From Halioglobus sp. (GTDB lineage: Bacteria; Pseudomonadota; Gammaproteobacteria; Pseudomonadales; Halieaceae), in NCBI GenBank assembly GCA_028825045.1, contig JAPKAY010000011.1, positions 17,161 through 81,160 of the forward strand: a stretch of 64,000 bases of DNA. The letters run 5' to 3'. Positions 48,274-57,541 of the stretch are shown one piece after another. The number at the start of each line of letters is the position of its first letter. The stretch's first letter is position 1. The notes beneath the pieces are model-generated. The model was not told where the DNA came from and made no database searches. It saw nothing but the letters and a program-made list of their open reading frames with translations. Made by a program: the position numbers and the translations under genes.

Positions 48274-49308
48274 ATGGCGACGCACAAATACGCTTTTCTC
48301 AAAGAGGGCCATTACGCCAGAGGGTGGCACGTTGTCCTTTTTTCGCAGGAGTTGAAAATAGGTGAGGTTAAAAAGCTGCACTATTTTGACCATGACTTTG
48401 TCGCCTACCGCGGGGAGTCCGGCCGCGCTGCGATCCTTGATGCCCACTGCCCTCATCTAGGCGCGTCCCTTGCCAGTGGTGAGGGACGCGTGCTGGGCGA
48501 CAATATCGCCTGCCCGTTTCACGGCTGGACCTTCGACCCCACTGGCCAGTGTGTCGATATTCCCTATGCCAAATCCATCCCTCAAAAAGCAGCGCATGCC
48601 CTAAAGGGATGGCCGGTGTTAGAACAAAACGGGTTTATCGCTCTTTGGTACGACCGCCAAGAGAATAAGCCTGAACTCTATTTACCCGACATTCCCCAGT
48701 GGGGGCCCAACGGCTGGGGCGACTGGGTGTTTTATCGTTCGCGGATTCGGGCCCAGCCCTGTGACATCATCGAAAACATCGTCGACATCGCGCATTTCCC
48801 ACACGTGCACGGTGGCTTTGTTACGTCATGGGAAAATCGCTTTGACGAACGCAGCGTAACGCAGCTATCGACAATCAAACAGGACCCAGACGCCAACATG
48901 ATTATCCCGGAGGGTGTGGTCCTGGACGTTAAGGCAGCGCGCAGTGAGGCGGGTGACGACGCAGATGCCTGGGGTGACGCTACTTATCATGGGCCGTCCA
49001 TCATGTACTACTATACCGAGTCGAAAAGTGCGGATATCAGTTTCAGAAGTTGGTGGGTAAACTGCCACACGCCTGTTAACGCCACTGAGGTTGATTTGTG
49101 TTCAGCGGTTATGGTCAGCGGTTTGAATGATGAGCCCCTGCCGGAGGAGTTTGCGCAGTTGTATCCACAAATGGCGCACGTGGCTTTTGGCCAGGACGTA
49201 GAGATTTGGAAAGACAAAGTGTATCGGGAAGACCCTATTTTGTGTGATGGCGACGGTCCCATCAATAAACTGCGGAGCTGGTACGAGCAGTTTTATCTAC
49301 CAAAGTGA
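48274..49308 (+). CDS. kshA: Rieske oxygenase, 3-ketosteroid 9-alpha-hydroxylase KshA-like
   Basis: YARGWH, CPHLG and CPFHGW Rieske ligands, ENIVDIAHFPHVH Fe site, and QDVEIWKDK...P.LCDGDGPI..LR.WYEQFY. Confidence 0.78.
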   Translation: MATHKYAFLKEGHYARGWHVVLFSQELKIGEVKKLHYFDHDFVAYRGESGRAAILDAHCPHLGASLASGEGRVLGDNIACPFHGWTFDPTGQCVDIPYAKSIPQKAAHALKGWPVLEQNGFIALWYDRQENKPELYLPDIPQWGPNGWGDWVFYRSRIRAQPCDIIENIVDIAHFPHVHGGFVTSWENRFDERSVTQLSTIKQDPDANMIIPEGVVLDVKAARSEAGDDADAWGDATYHGPSIMYYYTESKSADISFRSWWVNCHTPVNATEVDLCSAVMVSGLNDEPLPEEFAQLYPQMAHVAFGQDVEIWKDKVYREDPILCDGDGPINKLRSWYEQFYLPK

Positions 49309-49322
49309 AAACCAGTGATAAA

Positions 49323-49354
49323 AAAAGCCCGCCCTGTAAACAGAGCGGGCTTTT
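49323..49354. terminator. Bidirectional intrinsic terminator between kshA and csp
   Basis: AAAAGCCCGC...GCGGGCTTTT with inner CTGT/ACAG pairing, flanked by A and T runs. Confidence 0.85.
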
Positions 49355-49368
49355 CCTTGCAGCGTGGT

Positions 49369-49575
49369 TTAGACCGCTACAATGTTTTCAGCCTGAGGAC
49401 CTTTCTGACCCTGAGTAACAGTAAACTCAACTTTCTGGCCTTCAGCCAGTGTTTTAAAACCTGAGCCAGAGATAGCGCTGAAGTGCGCGAAGACATCCGG
49501 TCCAGACTCTTGCTCGATAAAGCCGAAGCCCTTAGTTTCGTTGAACCACTTAACGGTTCCAGTAACAGTAGACAT
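49369..49575 (-). CDS. cspA: Cold-shock protein
   Basis: [15 protein letters not shown] (RNP1), DVFAHFSAI (RNP2) and [10 protein letters not shown]. Confidence 0.95.
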   Translation of the reverse strand: MSTVTGTVKWFNETKGFGFIEQESGPDVFAHFSAISGSGFKTLAEGQKVEFTVTQGQKGPQAENIVAV

Positions 49576-49730
49576 AGATCTTTCCTATATTTTCAAAGGT
49601 AATGACGCCTTTCGTTGAAGGCAAATTGTGCTTGAAGTGCGATGCAATTACTTATGAAAAACAGGGCGAGGTACTGACAGTAAGACTTCGAGAAGGAAAC
49701 CATGAGACCATTAACTTACAAGCACTGGGC

Positions 49731-49758
49731 ACTATACAGTCCTTAGCACCTAAGTCAA
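49731..49758 (-). promoter_or_regulatory. Sigma70 promoter of csp, implying a 5' UTR of about 150 nt
   Basis: TTGACT(49758..49753)-16 bp-TATAGT(49736..49731). A long UTR is typical of cold-inducible csp genes. Confidence 0.65.
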
Positions 49759-49839
49759 CGGGAATAAAATTTTGTTTTCGAAGCCTACAGACAGAGGAAA
49801 ACTGAGTAAATCCCAGTTTCTATTCCTTGAAACTGGCCC

Positions 49840-50040
49840 CTATGAGGCGGCAGTCTTGTTGCCCAACTTGATGTGTCTGTTGACGGTCATGCTGGGTTGG
49901 CCACTAATGCCGGATTGAATAACGTCGATTTTATTGCCGGATTTCAAGAACGCTTTAGTTTGCTCTTCAATAGAGTGCGAAGTTTCCACTGCCGCCGGTT
50001 GCTTTCTTTTGGCCGGCGCTCTGGTGGGTTTACGTGGCAT
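49840..50040 (-). CDS. Small basic protein, SutA RNAP-binding-domain-like
   Basis: Core SIEEQTKAFLKSGNKIDVIQSGISG resembles the (E/Q)..FL..GG.I..I..G motif; basic disordered N-terminus. Confidence 0.55.
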   Translation of the reverse strand: MPRKPTRAPAKRKQPAAVETSHSIEEQTKAFLKSGNKIDVIQSGISGQPSMTVNRHIKLGNKTAAS

Positions 50041-50142
50041 GGTGTTTTACCTGTATCTGATAAGGCCGACTATTGTACACGAAAATATGCTTAATTGCCG
50101 AGAAAATGGTTTGACATGTTCCGTCAATTGCGGCGATTCGAC

Positions 50143-50943
50143 CTAGCGATCGCAGTAGTCAGGTTTGCGCTTCTCAAAAAATGCCAGTCCGGCCTCCTTC
50201 ACATCTTCTGTGAATGAAAGCAGGGACTGGTGACGGTCTTCTACCGCCATTGCCGCTTCCAGAGACGAGGCATCTACGCTGAGATTCAAGGCATCTTTGG
50301 TAAGGCGAAGTCCCATCGGAGAGGTCGTCATCATGTCATCAATATAGGATTGCGCCGCCTGCTCCAGACCGCTATCGGGCACCATTTCTGACACCAGGTT
50401 GACGGCGAGCGCACGAGGCGCATGAATAAAGCGGCCCGTCATCAGCAGCTCCGACGCCACCGAGGTTCCCACCAACCGCGGTAAAAAATAGCTGCTCCCC
50501 ATATCGCAACCCGAGAAACCAATCTTAATATAGGCCGCGTTCATTTTTGCGCTTTCGCCTGCGATGCGAATATCCGAAGCCAGCGCCAGGCTAAAACCGC
50601 CGCCACAGGCAGCCCCTTGGACCAGCGCGATAATGGGCTGGGGACACTTGCGCATAGCAACGTAAATACGAGCAATCCTGCGCTGCAACGTCCAGGCTGT
50701 CCGCGGTATGCGCTCCTTCTCCGCGAAGGCGTCGCCAGACATATCAAGACCCGCGCAAAAGTGCTTGCCGTTCGCCTTTAGGACTACGACCCGGACTTCC
50801 TCACGTTCACGCAATCCTTCGAAATAGCTAACCAGTGAATCGACCAGGCTATCATTTAAAGCATTGCCCGCTTGCGGACGATTCAGCGTGACCCACTCGA
50901 CCGAGTCACGCTGCTCGATCAATAACACCTGTTCTTTATCCAC
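50143..50943 (-). CDS. Enoyl-CoA hydratase/isomerase
   Basis: RBS AAGGAG plus GTG 50943; TLNRP..GNAL, HFCAGLD and GGGFSLALASDIR. The upstream extension in the ORF track is spurious. Confidence 0.9.
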   Translation of the reverse strand: MDKEQVLLIEQRDSVEWVTLNRPQAGNALNDSLVDSLVSYFEGLREREEVRVVVLKANGKHFCAGLDMSGDAFAEKERIPRTAWTLQRRIARIYVAMRKCPQPIIALVQGAACGGGFSLALASDIRIAGESAKMNAAYIKIGFSGCDMGSSYFLPRLVGTSVASELLMTGRFIHAPRALAVNLVSEMVPDSGLEQAAQSYIDDMMTTSPMGLRLTKDALNLSVDASSLEAAMAVEDRHQSLLSFTEDVKEAGLAFFEKRKPDYCDR

Positions 50944-51108
50944 CGTAAAACTCCTTTGTAATATTGAATGCCAGATAGCACCTGCAGACCACCTTCCCGC
51001 ACCAGTACGCGTTTTGGTCATTCTGGTGTGCTCCGGGTAGTTGTGCTTCAAAAAATCATCCCGTATGTTCACGCATATGTCTATAAAAGCAACACAGGAA
51101 AGACGATC

Positions 51109-52593
51109 TTGAGCACATATCCCCAAGGGTGGGAAGCCCTGTTGAACCAATTGCAGGAACGCACCGCTCTGGCCGAAGCCATGGGAGGCGATGTAAAAGT
51201 GCAGCGACAGCACGAGCGTGGCCGCCTGACCGCGCGTGAACGCATAGCAGGCCTCTGTGATGACGACAGCTTTAACGAGTACGGCGCGCTTGCGGGCGGC
51301 AATCATCCCGCGGGTGAAGAGCCCCTCGCTGGCGACGGCCTTGTCGGCGGCACCGGCCAGATCGACGGCCGCAGCGTAGTGATCGTCGCAGAAGATTTCA
51401 CCGTCAAGGGAGGGTCCATCGGTCACCCTAATGCGGCCAAACGCACCCGGCTGGTGCGCTTGGCTCTGGAACAGCAATTACCTCTGGTGCTGATGCTCGA
51501 TGGCGCAGGGGAACGCGCTGACAATCAAAGCGAGCGTTACCCCAATACGCCCAACGACTTACAATTAGTCGCCGACCTTCAGGGACAGGTACCGGTCGTT
51601 ACATTGGTGCTTGGAACATCCGCAGGACACGGGGCTCTGACCGGCATGTTTGCCGATCTCATTATTATGGCTGAGGGCTCGGCACTATTTTCAGCCGGCC
51701 CACCACTGGTCCGGGCTGCCCTGGGAATCGAGGCAACACCGCAGGAGCTCGGCGGGGCCGCCATGCACACACAGCAAAGCGGTATCGCTCACAACCTGGG
51801 TCACACTGAAGAAGACTGTATCGCTATGGCGCGCTACTTCCTCTCATTACTGCCCCAGAAGTCGGGTGACCCCCTGCCCCAACAGCGGGACCATCCAACT
51901 GCAGCAAAGCGCTCGGTAGATAGCTTGATGGCGATCATACCGCCCCAGGCAAGCTTGCCATATGACATGCGCGAAGTGCTTACAGAATTGGTCGACAGCC
52001 AGAGCCTGTTCGAACTACAACCTGCGTATGGCGACACTCTGATTACCGCCCTGGCCAGAATTGGTGGAGTTCCCTGTATGTTGATTGCTAACCAACCGGC
52101 AGCGCAGGCAGGAGCGATCACCCTGGAAGGCGCCATCAAAGCCTGTCATTTCATTCAGGTTGCAGACAACTTTGGGCTGCCATTGATCAGCCTGCTGGAC
52201 AACCCCGGGGTCATGCCCGGACCCGTCGCAGAAAAATCTGGTGTGCTTAAAGCCGCTGCAAAAATGTTTCTCGCGCAGCGCCGCTATCGAGGGCAAAAAA
52301 TTGTAGTTACGCTGCGCAAAGCCTTCGGTTTCGGTAGCTCGGTAATGGGAATGAATCCCTGGGATGGCCAGGTCGTCAGCCTCGCCCTGCCCTGCACAAA
52401 CCTAGGAGGCATTCCTGCCATAGGGGGCGCAGAAGCAGCACACGCCAGTAAGGAGGAAACAGCCCAATTGCAACACCTTCAATCTGGCGCATGGGTAGCT
52501 GCGGATGCCATGGCGTTCGACAAGGTGATTGCACCAGGAGAATTACGCAATGAAATGATTTCAGCGCTGTATCTACAGAGCAGCGGCTTTTAA
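51109..52593 (+). CDS. Acyl-CoA carboxylase carboxyltransferase (beta) subunit family
   Basis: Likely TTG start 51109; GRLTARERI..L.D..SF.E.G, DFTVKGGS, LDGAGER, GPPLVRAALG, GG..MH...SG, DNPGVMPG and LRKAFGFG. Confidence 0.88.
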   Translation: MSTYPQGWEALLNQLQERTALAEAMGGDVKVQRQHERGRLTARERIAGLCDDDSFNEYGALAGGNHPAGEEPLAGDGLVGGTGQIDGRSVVIVAEDFTVKGGSIGHPNAAKRTRLVRLALEQQLPLVLMLDGAGERADNQSERYPNTPNDLQLVADLQGQVPVVTLVLGTSAGHGALTGMFADLIIMAEGSALFSAGPPLVRAALGIEATPQELGGAAMHTQQSGIAHNLGHTEEDCIAMARYFLSLLPQKSGDPLPQQRDHPTAAKRSVDSLMAIIPPQASLPYDMREVLTELVDSQSLFELQPAYGDTLITALARIGGVPCMLIANQPAAQAGAITLEGAIKACHFIQVADNFGLPLISLLDNPGVMPGPVAEKSGVLKAAAKMFLAQRRYRGQKIVVTLRKAFGFGSSVMGMNPWDGQVVSLALPCTNLGGIPAIGGAEAAHASKEETAQLQHLQSGAWVAADAMAFDKVIAPGELRNEMISALYLQSSGF

Positions 52594-52686
52594 CGCTATC
52601 AGTTACTTATTTCTCTAGGAGCTGGTGACACCGCTAGCGATTCGTGACAACATCTGACCTCGCTCAGGGGACAATCCGGGATTCAC

Positions 52687-53991
52687 GTGACCAGACTAAA
52701 ATCCACGCAGGTTTTATTGGCCGGCTTGTGCGCACTCCTATTTGCCTCACTGGCAGGTGCCTCCGCCGTAAATGTTGAGAACTATGGCTACCCCATAACA
52801 GATCGCTTCGCTGCCACCGTCGTGGGCACACCCGAGGGATACGAGGCTCAGTTGCCGGAACACATACCGCTCAAGGAAAGACGTATTGTCATCTTTCCTG
52901 AGCGCGTAACACCCGATGTGTTTTTTTACGGCCATGAGCTGCTCTATTCCGTTGCACTACAGGACGATGAAGCACCTCTCATATTCCTCATCGCGGGCAC
53001 CGGAGCCTCACACAATGGCACCAAGAATTACGATATGGCCAGAGCGTTCTACCAGGCCGGTTTTCATGTTATTGCCATTTCCTCTCCCACCTACAACAAT
53101 TTTGTGACAGCGGCCTCTAAAACTGGCGTAGTAGGTGACGCAGAGAGAGATGCAGAGGATATCTATCGCGTATTTGAGATGATATGGGCCGAGGTAAAGG
53201 ACGACATCGAGGTTACAGAGTTCAACGTCACCGGCTATAGTTTGGGAGGCTTTAACGCCGCTTACGTCTCAAAACTGGATGAAGAACGTCAATCGTTCGA
53301 CTTCGAACGTGTCCTGTTAATCAACCCCCCTGTGTCTATTTACAATTCTATGTCGCTACTGGACCGCATGATCCAGAATATCCCCGGTGGCGTTGATAAT
53401 TTTGACGCTTTTGTCAACAAACTGATTCACGCCTATACGACGACCTATAAAGAAAGCGCTGATGCGGGTGGCGACGACTTCCTCTACAAAGTTTATAAAG
53501 CGCTGGATTTGAAGGATGAGGAACTCGCCGCCCTGATTGGCACCTCTTTTCGTATCTCTTCCGCTTCGCTGGTGTTTACCTCTGACGTTGTTGCCAATTA
53601 TGGCTATATCAAACCAAAAGGGCTACCACTAAACAGGTACAGTGATCTTACAATCTACAACGAAGTCGCCTTACGGCTCGGCTTTACCGACTATTACCAC
53701 GAGTTTTTCTTTCCCTACTACCGCGCTGATTATCCCGATATGACCCGGGATGAATTTATCTCCGCAATCAGCCTTACCAGTATTGCTGACTACCTCCGCA
53801 CTACCAAGAAAATAACCGTCATGCACAATGCTGACGACGTCATTCTGGAACCCGGGGAAATTAATTTCTTTCCCGAGGTGTTCGGCGATAGGGCGACTAT
53901 ATACCCCTATGGCGGGCACTGCGGCAACATGAACTACCGTGACAATGTGGCGCATATGGTTGCCACATTTACCCAGAGAGGAACACGGTGA
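52687..53991 (+). CDS. Secreted alpha/beta-hydrolase-fold protein (MlaA-associated)
   Basis: Signal peptide; IAGTGA, GYSLGG nucleophile elbow, HNADD and GGHCGN. Confidence 0.7.
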   Translation: MTRLKSTQVLLAGLCALLFASLAGASAVNVENYGYPITDRFAATVVGTPEGYEAQLPEHIPLKERRIVIFPERVTPDVFFYGHELLYSVALQDDEAPLIFLIAGTGASHNGTKNYDMARAFYQAGFHVIAISSPTYNNFVTAASKTGVVGDAERDAEDIYRVFEMIWAEVKDDIEVTEFNVTGYSLGGFNAAYVSKLDEERQSFDFERVLLINPPVSIYNSMSLLDRMIQNIPGGVDNFDAFVNKLIHAYTTTYKESADAGGDDFLYKVYKALDLKDEELAALIGTSFRISSASLVFTSDVVANYGYIKPKGLPLNRYSDLTIYNEVALRLGFTDYYHEFFFPYYRADYPDMTRDEFISAISLTSIADYLRTTKKITVMHNADDVILEPGEINFFPEVFGDRATIYPYGGHCGNMNYRDNVAHMVATFTQRGTR

Positions 53992-54746
53992 TGGCACACT
54001 TCCTTCCTCGCGTAACTGCTCTACTGTTGGTATTGGCGCTTGGCGCTTGCAGCAGCGTTCCCTCGCAACAACCACAAGCGTCTGACTATCCAGAACCTAT
54101 CTTCACTGCCAAGCGACTGCTTCCGCCAGAACACGCAAATGTTACCGCCGTTTACGACCCCTGGGAGAGCATGAACAAGCGTATTTATAATTTTAATTAC
54201 CATTTTGATCAGGCAATCTTTCTGCCGGTCGTTCGAGGCTACAAGGCTGTGGTGCCCAGTTTTGCGCGCACAGGGGTGACTAATTTCTTTAATAATTTTA
54301 GAGATCTGGTGACCATGTTCAATTCGGTCCTGCAACTACAACCCACTAAGTTTGTCCAGAGTACCGGTCGCGTAGTTGTCAACAGCACCATCGGCTTACT
54401 CGGCTTTGTAGATGTGGCGACCAAGCTGGAGATTCCCCGTCCGATGGAAAATTTCGGCCAAACGCTAGGTTACTGGGGCGTGGGTCAGGGACCATTCGTG
54501 GTCATTCCCTTCCTCGGGCCATCCAATTTACGCGACGGCTTGGGATTTCTGCCTGATCTCTATTTACAGAATGTCGTGGCGAATGAATTCATGTCGAACT
54601 CAGCGAGCACAGCCTCGCTCATTCTGTATCCAATTGATTCAAGGGCCAATACGCCCTTTCTCTATTATCAAAATGGCTCCGCCTTCGAATACCAAATGGT
54701 GCGCTGGATGTATTCAACCAAGAGCAAATTGGATGCGGAGGAATAA
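53988..54746 (+). CDS. mlaA: MlaA/VacJ family lipoprotein
   Basis: Lipobox LALGAC; DPWESMNKRIYNFN, NSTIGLLGF.DVA, ENFGQTLG.WGV..GP.VV.PFLGPSNLRD. Confidence 0.85.
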   Translation: MMAHFLPRVTALLLVLALGACSSVPSQQPQASDYPEPIFTAKRLLPPEHANVTAVYDPWESMNKRIYNFNYHFDQAIFLPVVRGYKAVVPSFARTGVTNFFNNFRDLVTMFNSVLQLQPTKFVQSTGRVVVNSTIGLLGFVDVATKLEIPRPMENFGQTLGYWGVGQGPFVVIPFLGPSNLRDGLGFLPDLYLQNVVANEFMSNSASTASLILYPIDSRANTPFLYYQNGSAFEYQMVRWMYSTKSKLDAEE

Positions 54747-54748
54747 TC

Positions 54749-55909
54749 ATGGTGACTAACGTGACTCGGCACTTATTGCTGTCCATTGTATTCTTTGCCC
54801 TCACATTCTCCGGCGTTGCGCACTCAGCGAGTGACCCCGTCAGAATCGGGACCACGCAATCTCTCACCGGGCACTATAGCGAGTTCGGCATCGAGCAGTT
54901 ACGCGGCATCGAGATGTGGGCTGCTGACGTCAATTCCCGTGGAGCCCTCTTAGGAAGAACCGTTGAAATTGTCTACTATGATGACCGCTCCCGCGATTCC
55001 GGCACGGTAGAAGGCTTTATAAAATTAATTGAAGAAGACAAGGTGGATCTGTTAATTGGCCCCTACTCCTCTTCACTGACTCTTGAAGCCAGCCTGGTCG
55101 CCGAGAAATATGGCATCCCGATGATCTCTACCGCCGCCTCCTCTGAGGAAATCTGGAATCGCGGCCTGAATAATATTTTTGGCGCAGACACCCCGGCGGG
55201 CGATTATCTGGATGGCATTCACCTGGCTGCAGATGTAGGCGCCAAAACAGTAGCCATTATCTACGCGGAAACCGAATTTGGTACGGAGGTAGCGGCCAGC
55301 GCGCGCCTGGCTATTGAAAGTGATCGCCTAGTGTTAATAGAGGGTTACCCACCCGAAGAACGAGATTTTAAGGGCCTGGCGCAACGCTTGAAGGAAGTTG
55401 ACGCCGATTTAATATTTGGTGTTTCCTACCTGGAGGACTCCGTCGCAATAGTGCGTGATATCAGAGCAGCTGGAATAAAACCCAGGATGCTGGGATTCAC
55501 CATCGGGCCGGGTTTCCGCGAGTTCGCTGATCAGCTAGAGGGTGCCCAAGAGGGTGTTGTCGGCGTCGTCCAGTGGCTGCGCGGTTCACGTGAGCCTGGT
55601 GCGCAGGATTTTGCCTACCGGTTCAGCCAACGCTACGGCTACAATCCCGGTGTGTACGCCGTTATCGGCTACAGCGCGGGAGAGATTATAGAAGCCTCAG
55701 TCCGCCTTGCCGGGACCACGGATCACGACGCCGTGCGTGAACAATTGCGAACCATGTACTTCCGCGCGCTGATCGGCACCTATAACGTCAGTGCAAACGG
55801 TCGTCAAAAAGGCAGACGCAACTATGTTTTGCAGTGGCAGGACGATAAACGCGTTCTGGTAGCACCGGAAAATATTGCAGAGAACGCGTTTGTTTATCCT
55901 TTACCTTGA
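54749..55909 (+). CDS. Type 1 periplasmic binding protein (branched-chain/ligand-binding family); no permease nearby
   Basis: Signal peptide; IG...SLTG, VN.RG.LLGR.VEIVYYDD, DKVDLLIGPYSS and LQWQD. Confidence 0.85.
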   Translation: MVTNVTRHLLLSIVFFALTFSGVAHSASDPVRIGTTQSLTGHYSEFGIEQLRGIEMWAADVNSRGALLGRTVEIVYYDDRSRDSGTVEGFIKLIEEDKVDLLIGPYSSSLTLEASLVAEKYGIPMISTAASSEEIWNRGLNNIFGADTPAGDYLDGIHLAADVGAKTVAIIYAETEFGTEVAASARLAIESDRLVLIEGYPPEERDFKGLAQRLKEVDADLIFGVSYLEDSVAIVRDIRAAGIKPRMLGFTIGPGFREFADQLEGAQEGVVGVVQWLRGSREPGAQDFAYRFSQRYGYNPGVYAVIGYSAGEIIEASVRLAGTTDHDAVREQLRTMYFRALIGTYNVSANGRQKGRRNYVLQWQDDKRVLVAPENIAENAFVYPLP

Positions 55910-56270
55910 CGCTTAGCGCCTCATTAATGCGTCCTCAGGTGCATTACATCGTGGTATACACCCCCGGCGGCAGTCAGCAAGGCCGTTCTCGCATGTCTCG
56001 GCCATTTACATTTCCCATTTACACTTCCTAGTTGCACCTCGCTTACGTCGCGTAGCGTTCGAGCAGAAAGGATCCAGCTTCAAGCACAAATGACAGCCCT
56101 CATCATCCCGAGATCCAATGGTCAGAACCTACACCGTCGGCTGATACTGACCAGGGCTGTTCCATCTCGAGAGGTTTTCAAGCAAAGTAAACATCTGGAT
56201 CAGCTACCGACGCTCAGTAGCGACCAGCGGTACTGTCCACCAATACAGAAATAATGAAGGAGCACGCCCC

Positions 56271-57536
56271 ATGGACTTCGATATCCCGGCCGATATTGCC
56301 GCTTTTCTTCAGGAAGTCGATCAATTCATCGAGGACAAAATCAAACCACTGGAAGACGAGGACGACAACATTCGCTTCTTCGACCATCGTCGTGAGGATG
56401 CGCGCACAGACTGGGACCGGGGTGGCCTGCCTAACGCTGGTTGGGAGGCCCTTTTGCACCGGGCAAAAAAGCTCGCCATTGACGCCGGTATTTTCAGCTA
56501 CCCCTTTCCCAAAGAGCACGGCGGACGGGACGGCAATAACCTGGGCATGGCCATCATTCGTGAACACCTGGCGGCGAAAGGTCTTGGGCTACACAACGAC
56601 TTGCAGAACGAACATTCCGTTGTGGGAAACAATATCGGGCTGTTGTTGATGCTGGAATACGGAACACCGGAGCAGCAAGGGGAGTGGTTACACGGCATGA
56701 AAACCGCGAGCAAGGGCTTTGCCTTCGGGATCACCGAGCCCGCGCACGGCTCCGATGCCACCTACATGGAGACTGTCGGTGTGCGCGATGGCGACGACTG
56801 GGTCATAACCGGCGAAAAGACCTGGAACACCGGTGTACATGTGGCAGCGGCCGATATGGTAATGGTGCGCACTTCAGGCGAACCCGGTGATGCACTGGGT
56901 ATCACCGCCTTTCTTGTGCCCATGGAGGCACACGGCGTTAAGATCGAAGAATACCTTTGGACCTTTAACATGCCTTCGGACCACGCCCATGTGACCTTTA
57001 CCAATGTGCGTGTTCCCGATAGCGCTATTTTTGGCGGTGAAGGACGCGGACTGCAGGTAGTACAGCATTTTTTCAACGAAAACCGCATGCGCCAGGCAGC
57101 GTCCAGCTTAGGTGCAGCCCGATACTGTATTGCCGAGGCCGTGCAACATGCCAATGAACGGCAACCCTTTGGCAAACGGCTGTCAGCTAACCAGGGCATT
57201 CAGTTTCCCTTGGTAGAACTCCATGCCCGCGCCGAAATGCTGCAGGCGCTCATCCATAAAACTGCATGGCTGATGGACCGGGATGGTGCTTTCTCCGTTT
57301 CCGACAAGGTGTCCATTTGCAACTACCAGGCCAACCGGCTTTGCTGCGAAGCGGCCGACACGGCCATGCAGGTGCACGGAGGCATGGGCTACTCTCGCTA
57401 CAAACCGTTTGAACATATTTATCGACACCATCGTCGCTATCGAATTACCGAAGGCGCGGATGAGATACAGATGCGCCGGGTCGCGGGATATCTTTTCGGG
57501 TTTATGAAACAGCAGAAACCCAAGGGCGTAAGTTAA
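56271..57536 (+). CDS. Acyl-CoA dehydrogenase (LvaC/ACAD10-11-like context)
   Basis: FGITEP.HGSDA, NGEKTW-like TGEKTWNTG, ER..FGK.L..NQ.IQF, AMQVHGGMGY and RITEGADEI. Confidence 0.9.
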   Translation: MDFDIPADIAAFLQEVDQFIEDKIKPLEDEDDNIRFFDHRREDARTDWDRGGLPNAGWEALLHRAKKLAIDAGIFSYPFPKEHGGRDGNNLGMAIIREHLAAKGLGLHNDLQNEHSVVGNNIGLLLMLEYGTPEQQGEWLHGMKTASKGFAFGITEPAHGSDATYMETVGVRDGDDWVITGEKTWNTGVHVAAADMVMVRTSGEPGDALGITAFLVPMEAHGVKIEEYLWTFNMPSDHAHVTFTNVRVPDSAIFGGEGRGLQVVQHFFNENRMRQAASSLGAARYCIAEAVQHANERQPFGKRLSANQGIQFPLVELHARAEMLQALIHKTAWLMDRDGAFSVSDKVSICNYQANRLCCEAADTAMQVHGGMGYSRYKPFEHIYRHHRRYRITEGADEIQMRRVAGYLFGFMKQQKPKGVS

Positions 57537-57541
57537 GCGCT

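Noticed and set aside
50944-51477. N-terminal extensions making 444-aa and 541-aa overlapping ORFs
   Set aside because: These are antisense read-through of two divergent genes. RBS-supported starts are GTG 50943 and TTG 51109.
56002-56027. 13-bp tandem repeat CCATTTACA(T/C)TTC and a 30-aa Cys-rich minus-strand ORF beside it
   Set aside because: Only two imperfect copies, no spacers or cas genes, and the ORF has no convincing RBS.
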